Source: Octopus sinensis (taxonomy: Eukaryota). Taken from it: a DNA stretch of 7,747 nt. Below, piece after piece: positions 1 through 6,372 of this stretch; position 1 is the stretch's first letter; each line of letters opens with the position of its first letter. The translations under genes and the position numbers were made by a program. The stretch is from contig NW_021828763.1 of NCBI RefSeq assembly GCF_006345805.1, positions 1 to 7,747 on the forward strand. The letters run 5' to 3'. The notes below the pieces were generated by a model, which was given only the letters and a program-made list of their open reading frames with translations, was not told where the DNA came from and ran no database searches.

Positions 1-153
1 CGTTCTGAGTTCAATATCCGCCGATATTTGCCTTTCATCCTTTCGAGGTCGATACATTAAGTACGAGATTCGTACTGGGGTCGATCTAAACGACTGGCCC
101 CTTCCCCAAAAATTTCGGGCCTTGTGCCTAGAGTGGAAAAGAAAGAAAAGAAA
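1..153 (+). mobile_element. tRNA-derived SINE, family A (octopus-type); B-box, body and A-rich tail, 5' end outside the window
   Basis: B-box-like GAGTTCAATATCC (7-19), central motif GCCTTTCATCCTTTCGAGGTCGAT, then GGGGTCGATCTAAACGACTGG...GGCCTTGTGCC and an A-rich tail (GAAAAGAAAGAAAAGAAA). The B-box region overlaps a second copy at 620-640. Family assignment is from recalled octopus SINE consensus, not a search. Confidence 0.85.
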
Positions 154-450
154 TGGGAAACTCGCGACCCACAACTTCTCGGAGTTTCTATTGTCATATT
201 TTCTTTATCATTTCTTTCTTTTCCCGAAGAGAACACGCTCACCTGCCTTTTTTGTTTGGATCAGGCGCCTTCGGATTGGAATTAATAATAGATTCGTTAA
301 CATCAGGCCTGAGAGCGGGTTCACAGCAGCGAAGATTCCACCGTCACCTATTTGTTGATCATTTCTACCTTTTCCTGCAGAAGTTTACAGTCGTTTGCTT
401 CTTTCGTCAAGATCAGGCGCCTTCGTAGTTTCTCTCTTCCCTGGTCCCAT
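154..450 (-). mobile_element. Decayed pogo/Tigger-like transposase N-terminal HTH fragment (CENP-B/psq-type), internally duplicated
   Basis: Minus-strand ATG at 450 gives MGPGKRETTKAPDLDERSKR; across frameshifts LLQEKVEMINK, GGIFAAV and DVNESII follow. A second copy reads KAPDPNKKGR*ACSLREKKEMIKKI*Q*KLREVVGREF. This resembles the Tigger pattern L-x-EK-x-E-[ILM]-I...AAV[AG]R-x-[FY]-x-VNES[TS][IV]. Stops and frameshifts show it is non-functional; no TIR is visible. Confidence 0.5.
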
Positions 451-554
451 GTTGATGCCTACGAGCACGGAAATCCATATGAAATGATGTGCAAAACCCA
501 CCCACGCCAAATTTCAGGCCGTGTACTTATAATAGAAAATATTTTTTTATGTAA

Positions 555-658
555 GTGATGAGCTGCCTGAATCGTTTCTGTGCCTGGCAAAATGCTTTGC
601 AGCATTTCGTCTGTCTATATGTTCTGAGTTCAAATTCCACAGAGGCCGACCTATACCT
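555..658 (+). mobile_element. SINE family A, 5' tRNA-like head, 3'-truncated and followed by A10
   Basis: GAGCTGCCTGAATCGTT...AAATGCTTTGCAGCATTTCGTCTGTCT then B-box GAGTTCAAATTCC (626-638). GTTCTGAGTTCAA is shared with positions 2-14. A10 at 659-668. Confidence 0.75.
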
Positions 659-843
659 AAAAAAAAAATAGCTGTCTCTAGTCATGAGGCAAAAACCATG
701 CCTAAAAAAGCAGCAGCACAAGTAATAGCGCTTAGGACTAATGACGAAGTTGTTGTCCAGCGATATTTCAACAAGGAATGTGAAGAGGGAACAGCTAAAC
801 TACGCACAGTGAAGCTTGTGAGACGTTCTACAGTTTATGCTAC

Positions 844-900
844 CCGCCATCTTAAATAATTATTTCTAAAATTGAAAGGAGGCCAATAATTTGGCGGGAA
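844..900. promoter_or_regulatory. Compact cluster of YY1-, NF-Y- and E2F-type motifs
   Basis: CCGCCATCTT (844-853, YY1 consensus), GGCCAAT (881-887) and TTTGGCGGGAA (890-900, E2F consensus). Motif matches only; no linked gene is visible. Confidence 0.3.
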
Positions 901-1140
901 TATAATGATGTGGTTGAAGTAAGTCTTTTCAGTATTTCATTACTGCAAGGATGAAATATGAAAGTGGACCCTAGCATGGTTTTGATTTGTTCTTGTTGTT
1001 GCTGCTGTTGTTTGTTATGCTCTTTGCTCTGATGCCGCCATTATGGATACGACCATACTGGAGTACGGCCTAAACACAGAATGACATTTATTGTCCGAGT
1101 CCTTCATCGACAGGCCTTCGCTTTCTCAAATGAAGACTGA

Positions 1141-1254
1141 TGTTTAGCATTGACGCAAGGCCTGCGCTTGACGGCGGTGACGTAGAGGGTGAGGTTAAAA
1201 GTCGATTAATCTGCCGCCCCGCCCTCCTCCGTCCGAGTGGATTACTGGTATCTG
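1141..1254 (-). mobile_element. Degenerate SINE family A, 3' part
   Basis: GCAAGGCC, GAGGGTGAGG, AGTCGATTAATC and ACTGGTAT occur in the order expected for the reverse complement of the family A body seen at 60-130. Confidence 0.5.
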
Positions 1255-1260
1255 CCCAGC

Positions 1261-1461
1261 TAACAGCAGATCATTTTGGTCGCCCGATCTGCTAAAAAAA
1301 GGCAGTTAAATCCCTTTCAAATCACGCTCATACGCTCCTTGTAAGACGTAACACTAAAGAGCTCAATGACCGAGTGGTCGTAGATGGAACGCCTTTGATC
1401 ATATAATTACTCGTTCAGGAAGGGACTGGGGTTAAATAACAACAACAACAACAACAACAAC
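1261..1461 (+). mobile_element. 3' end of a non-LTR retroelement (SINE/LINE tail) ending in (AAC)8
   Basis: GATCTGCTA...AAATCCCTTTCAAATCAC...GGAACGCCTTTGATCATA...CTGGGGTTAAATAAC followed by (AAC)8 at 1438-1461. It resembles from memory an abundant octopus repeat with a CAA tail; family not determined. Confidence 0.5.
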
Positions 1462-1534
1462 ATTAAAAACAATTACAAAAAAGAAACAAGAAAAATAGTC
1501 CAACAATCTGTACATTTCTTACAGACTTCAGGAC

Positions 1535-1612
1535 GATGAACCGCAAGGATGAACCCGAGCAGGATTTGAACTCGGGAAGGTAGAGCTATTGTGTAACACG
1601 GCAGACGACAAC
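1535..1612 (-). mobile_element. Degenerate SINE family A, head and B-box part
   Basis: GGATTTGAACTC (1562-1573) is the reverse complement of B-box GAGTTCAAATCC. AAGGATGAA is the reverse complement of TTCATCCTT, and GCAGACG resembles the reverse complement of CGTCTGT. Confidence 0.6.
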
Positions 1613-1749
1613 CTTCACCTTCCTACAAGTACAACACGGCCTTAATATATTTCAAGAATAGAAAAGCATTAAAAATGGAACAGGTTCATTTGAATTTTGT
1701 AAGCGAAACAAAACAACGCACGTAATTATATACAGGCAAACATAGGAGT

Positions 1750-1878
1750 ATATATATGTGTGTATACATGTGTATGGCTGCGCAAGTATATGTATGTATA
1801 TGTATGTATATGTATATTATATTATATATACATGTGTATATATAATATTATATGTACATATAGAATCACATACAATTG

Positions 1879-1911
<33 letters not shown>

Positions 1912-1968
1912 ATATAACTACATGCATATATTTGTACGTATATAAATATTCATGCAAACACATATATA

Positions 1969-2029
<61 letters not shown>

Positions 2030-2151
2030 GGTATATATTTTTATGCATCATATATAAACTTGTATGTGTATATATGTACCAATTCTACGCACACATGTTT
2101 ATGCATGAATATTTATATACGTACAAATATATGCATGTAGTTATATACATG

Positions 2152-2220
<69 letters not shown>

Positions 2221-2270
2221 GTATATGTATCAGTGTTATGTTTTCATCTATGCATATACACACATATACA
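1750..2270. repeat. Compound (TA)n/(TG)n/(TATG)n microsatellite block
   Basis: Directly visible. Includes (TG)n at about 1891-1910 and long (TA)n runs at about 1977-2026 and 2153-2215. Confidence 0.97.
1909..2149. repeat. Perfect 47-bp inverted repeat with a 147-bp spacer
   Basis: 1909-1955 TGTATATAACTACATGCATATATTTGTACGTATATAAATATTCATGC is the exact reverse complement of 2103-2149. The ORF track shows the same peptide HEYLYTYKYMHVVIY on both strands. Confidence 0.95.
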
Positions 2271-2472
2271 CAGACGAGAGAAGAGGTACACATTTCGCAT
2301 TGATACGATGATATGTGTTTCCCGGCTGATCTCCCCCGCGGCACCCCATCCATCGTCCCCCCTTCTCCCCCCATACTCCTCATTATTATGCTAATGGGCA
2401 ACGCTTTTACAATATTTCTAAATTAGCGTACCAACTGCTTTTGACCGAACACTATTAAAACAACATCGCCAC

Positions 2473-2641
2473 TATCATCATCATCATCATCAGCAGCAGC
2501 AGCAGCAGCGGCAACAGCAGCAGTGACAGCAGCATCATCATCACCATCATCATCATCACCATCGTCATCACCACCATCATCCTCATCATCATCATCATCA
2601 TCATCATCACCATCATCATCATCACCATCATCATCACCACC

Positions 2642-2673
<32 letters not shown>

Positions 2674-2690
2674 CATCATCATCGTCGTCG

Positions 2691-2721
<31 letters not shown>

Positions 2722-2748
2722 CAACATCATCATCATCATCAGCATCAC

Positions 2749-2804
<56 letters not shown>

Positions 2805-3002
2805 CCATCATTATCATCAGCATCATCATCAGCATCATAGTCACCGTTATCATTGATAATAGCATCGTCGTCGTCGTCACCCCCCGCCCCACCACCATCA
2901 TTATCATCGTCGTCATCACCATCATCACAGACATCATCGCTGCCGCTGCCACCACCACCACCATCACCACTACCACCTTCATCACCATTGTCATCATGAT
3001 AA
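2473..3002. repeat. Compound trinucleotide tract, (CAT)n with CAG/CAC/CGT variants
   Basis: Directly visible. It explains the poly-Met (minus strand) and poly-Ser (plus strand) ORFs. Confidence 0.97.
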
Positions 3003-3272
3003 CCACGTATTTTTTTTATATTTTTATGAATCTTTCTAACTCTTTTTTTTTTGCTTTTTTCCCTGGTTCTTAAAGAATTTCATTGTTTTTTTTGTTCTCT
3101 TTTCGGATTCCTTTTATTTTATTTAAAAATATTTTCTTAAAAATTTTATTTTAATAAATTTTGTATTGTAATCTATTATATATTTATTTTGTTTATATTT
3201 TGCTGTCAGTGTGTCTGTAGCCAGAAAGAGACCGTTCTCTAAGTGCGGTGGGGGAGGGGTCACGTTTGTGTC

Positions 3273-3352
3273 TATAATATATATATATGTGTGTGTGTGT
3301 GTATGTGTGTGTGTATTGCATATGCATTTTTAAATAGCTATACGTATACACT

Positions 3353-3385
<33 letters not shown>

Positions 3386-3499
3386 GCGTATGTGTGTACA
3401 TTCATACATATATACATATATATATTCATATATGAATTATATAACATATATATATAGAGAGAGAGAGAGAGAGACTTACTCACACACACACACACACAC

Positions 3500-3533
<34 letters not shown>

Positions 3534-3560
3534 AATATATGTATATGTTTATATATATGT
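3273..3560. repeat. Compound (TA)/(TG)/(CA)/(GA) microsatellite block containing a 40-bp foldback
   Basis: Directly visible. 3277-3316 and 3346-3385 are reverse complements at 38 of 40 positions. Confidence 0.95.
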
Positions 3561-3647
3561 TATTTCAATTTGATTTTTCTTTATGCTTGTTGCATGTAAT
3601 TTTATTTTTTATATTTTTATCTTAATTTATACTCTTTTTCTTTTCCT

Positions 3648-3683
3648 TTATTATTATTATCATCATTAATTATTATCATCTTA

Positions 3684-3721
<38 letters not shown>

Positions 3722-3741
3722 CATCATCGTTATTATTATTA

Positions 3742-3773
<32 letters not shown>

Positions 3774-3975
3774 GTTATTGTTATTATTATTATCATTATT
3801 ATTATTATCATTATTATTATTATTGTTATTGTTTTTATTATTATCATTATTATAATTATCATTATTATTATTATTATTATTATTATCATCATCGTTATTA
3901 TTATTATCATTATTATTATTATTAATATTATCATTATTATTATTATTGTTATTGTTATTATTATTATTATAATTA

Positions 3976-4006
<31 letters not shown>

Positions 4007-4131
4007 CATCATCGTTATTATTATTATCATTATTATTATTATTATCATTATTATTATTATTATATCATTTATATTATTATCATTAATTATTATTATTATT
4101 ATTATTATTATAATTCATTATTATCATTATT

Positions 4132-4166
<35 letters not shown>

Positions 4167-4210
4167 TATCATTATTATCATTATTATCTTATTATATTAT
4201 TATCATTATT

Positions 4211-4246
<36 letters not shown>

Positions 4247-4538
4247 TATTATTATTATTATCATTAATTATTATTATTATTATTATTATTATAATTCATT
4301 ATTATCATTATTATTATCATTATCATTATTATTATCATTATTATTATTATTATCATTATTATCATTATTATCATTATTGTTATTATTATCATTATTATCA
4401 TTATTATCATTATTATTATTATTATCATTATTATCATTATTATTATTATTATCATTATTATCATTATTATCATTATTATTATTATTATCATTATTATCAT
4501 TATTATTATTATTATTATTATTAGTATTATCATTATTA

Positions 4539-4578
<40 letters not shown>

Positions 4579-4671
4579 CATTATTATTATCATCATCATT
4601 ATTATCATCATCATTATTATTATTTTTATTATCATCATTATTATTATTATTATCATTATTATTATTATTAT
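3648..4671. repeat. About 1-kb (ATT)n/(ATC)n trinucleotide tract
   Basis: Directly visible. It explains the poly-Ile, poly-Asn/Asp and poly-Leu ORFs. Confidence 0.98.
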
Positions 4672-4805
4672 TCCAAGAGTTTCGGCAATGATGTTCTCTC
4701 ACCGCTCTTCATCACATTACTACACCAACGGAATTACAATGCCATTAGTTTCGTCAATGCTTTCATCGTCGTCGTCTATGTCGTCGCTGCGGTCACCATG
4801 GCCGC

Positions 4806-4900
4806 CATCATCATCACCATCATCACCATCACCACCATCCTCACCATCACCATCATCATCATCATCATCACCATCATCATCATCACAATCATCATCATTA
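4806..4900. repeat. (CAT/CAC)n tract
   Basis: Directly visible. Confidence 0.95.
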
Positions 4901-5198
4901 TGAAATAGAAGTTAAATAAAAGAATCCCACCGCCAACCGGTGGTTGTCACACGCGGGTGACGGGTCAATACCCAGAAACTCGGGTCCACGTGTATCACGT
5001 CATGTTAGAGATGGGAACGAGCACTTCCCTTTGCAAATACTGATAAGGCACAGACAGTGTGTCAATAACCAGCTGGAGGAGATGTCTTCCTGGGAATACA
5101 GGCCACAATAGCATCACCGTTAGGGTTAGCCACATTTAGGCGGCAAATATACTTCACAATGTCGTGCGACTACTGTTCATACATCGCTCAGAGATTTA

Positions 5199-5203
<5 letters not shown>

Positions 5204-5253
<50 letters not shown>

Positions 5254-5266
5254 ATATATATATATA

Positions 5267-5308
<42 letters not shown>
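5204..5308. repeat. (TA)n microsatellite
   Basis: Directly visible, with a few interruptions. Confidence 0.97.
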
Positions 5309-5448
5309 GTTGCACAAATCCTAAGTGGTATGGGCAGAACGCAACCAGATCGTAAGTCTTGGATACTTCCTGGATGATCAAGGTACCCTTGAGTCAGAGT
5401 CAAAATACCTTCGAGATTGTTATCAGTTCAGTCTGAGACACATGTTCT

Positions 5449-5500
5449 ATCTTTTCTTTTGCTTTCCTTTGTTTCAGTCATTAGACTGCGGCCACGCTGG
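5449..5500 (-). mobile_element. Isolated 3' tail of SINE family B
   Basis: The reverse complement of 5468-5500 (CCAGCGTGGCCGCAGTCTAATGACTGAAACAAA) matches 6318-6350 at 30 of 33 positions, followed by an A-rich tail on the minus strand. Confidence 0.85.
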
Positions 5501-5674
5501 TTAAGAACAAACCCTTTCGCGCACACCTGCTATGGCGATGACTTTGGCTTGGCAACCAGAATCTCTCTCTATCTGATACATAAGCTGCTATATATATCTA
5601 GCACAGTTCAATCAGAATTGCTTGTTTTGATGAAAGCACCGATTTAGAAAAGACACAGAAATCAATGAAGTGTC

Positions 5675-5836
5675 TATCCGGCCAACCTCTTCAACCAGTT
5701 TTACGTTTCAACAGGCCTAATCAATTGGCCTCTCACACGTACCCTGTAATGTCATTCTAAAAATAAAGTCACATCAGCAAATTCTCAAGCCAACAACATA
5801 ATGTGTGATAAATTCAATGTAATATGAATAAATAAG
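5675..5836. mobile_element. Probable internal fragment of a non-autonomous DNA element (MITE-like)
   Basis: CCTCTCACAC.TACCCT..AATGTCATTCTAAAAATAAA..TCACATCA...GAATAAATAAG resembles from memory a common octopus repeat with TTAACCCTTT...AAAGGGTTAA ends. Those termini are not visible here, so the call is recall-based and tentative. Confidence 0.3.
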
Positions 5837-5837
5837 T

Positions 5838-6360
5838 GCAGGCGTGGCTGTGTGGTTAGGAAGCTTGCTTTCCAACCACATGGTTCCGGGTTCAGTCCCA
5901 CTGCGTGGTACCTTGGGCAAGTGTCTTCTACTATAGCCTTGGGCCGACCAAAGCCTTGTGAGTGGACTTGGTAGATGGAAACTGAAAGAAGCCCGTCGTA
6001 TGCGGTAAGAAACTTGCTTCCTAACCACATGGTTCCGGGTTCAGTCCCACTGCGTGGCACCTTGGGCAAGTGTCTTCTACTATAGCCTCGGGCCGACCGA
6101 AGTCTTGTGAGTGGATTTGGTAGACGGAAACTGAAAGAAGCCTGTCGTATATATGTGTGTGTATATGTGTGTGTGCGTGTGTGTTTGTTTGTCTGTGTTT
6201 GGCCCTACCATCATCGCTTGACAACCTATGGTGGTACGTTTACGTCCCCATAACTTAGCGGTTCGGCAAAGGAACCGATAGAATAAGTATTAAGCTTACA
6301 AATACTAAGGCGATGCTCCAGCATGGCAGCAGTCAAATGACTGAAACAAAACAAAAAGAA
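5838..6360 (+). mobile_element. tRNA-derived SINE family B (octopus-type, CORE-like box) with a tandemly duplicated ~150-bp head
   Basis: A-box-like TGGCTGTGTGG (5845-5855); B-box-like GGTTCAGTCCC (5889-5899 and 6038-6048); CORE-like CCTTGGGCAAGT (5911-5922 and 6060-6071). Internal TA/TG tract at about 6148-6200, 3' stem-loop CAGTC-AAAT-GACTG and an A-rich tail. I cannot assign it to a named family (OK/OR1/OR2). Confidence 0.9.
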
Positions 6361-6372
6361 CAACTGATATGA

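Noticed and set aside
698-859. 53-codon ORF MPKKAAAQVIALRTNDEV...RRSTVYATRHLK
   Set aside because: It is short and its resemblance to a Tc1-type HTH (RSTVY) is too slight to support; compatible with chance. A profile search could revisit it.
1758-2401. Tyr/Ile/Cys-rich ORFs on both strands (similar ones at 3243-3599 and 5199-5381)
   Set aside because: They are dinucleotide microsatellite translations.
2422-2526. Possible terminal exon (AG at 2425-2426) encoding ...QHRHYHHHHHQQQQQQRQQQQ*
   Set aside because: The polypyrimidine tract is weak, there is no upstream partner exon, and poly-H/Q arises automatically from the CAT/CAG repeat.
2455-3006. 183-aa Met-rich minus-strand ORF as a reflectin-like or metal-binding protein
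   Set aside because: It is the translation of (CAT)n and lacks reflectin-type MDMSNY/Tyr-Arg-rich motifs or any non-repetitive domain.
3617-4702. Poly-Ile, poly-Asn/Asp and poly-Leu ORFs
   Set aside because: These are reading frames of the (ATT/ATC)n tract, with no independent evidence of coding.
2473-4900. All three triplet tracts share the same strand polarity (ATC/ATT on plus)
   Set aside because: With only three tracts this occurs by chance about one time in four.
5120-5129. TTAGGGTTAG telomere-like motif
   Set aside because: It is under two repeat units and expected by chance.
5838-5910. tRNA gene suggested by the A and B boxes
   Set aside because: I could not build a proper cloverleaf, and the boxes run straight into SINE body sequence, so this is a tRNA-derived SINE head.
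5774-6224. Three minus-strand ORFs sharing the peptide (M)PKVPRSGTEPGTMWL / EDTCPR.HAVGLNPEPCG
   Set aside because: They are antisense translations of the duplicated SINE head, not paralogous genes.
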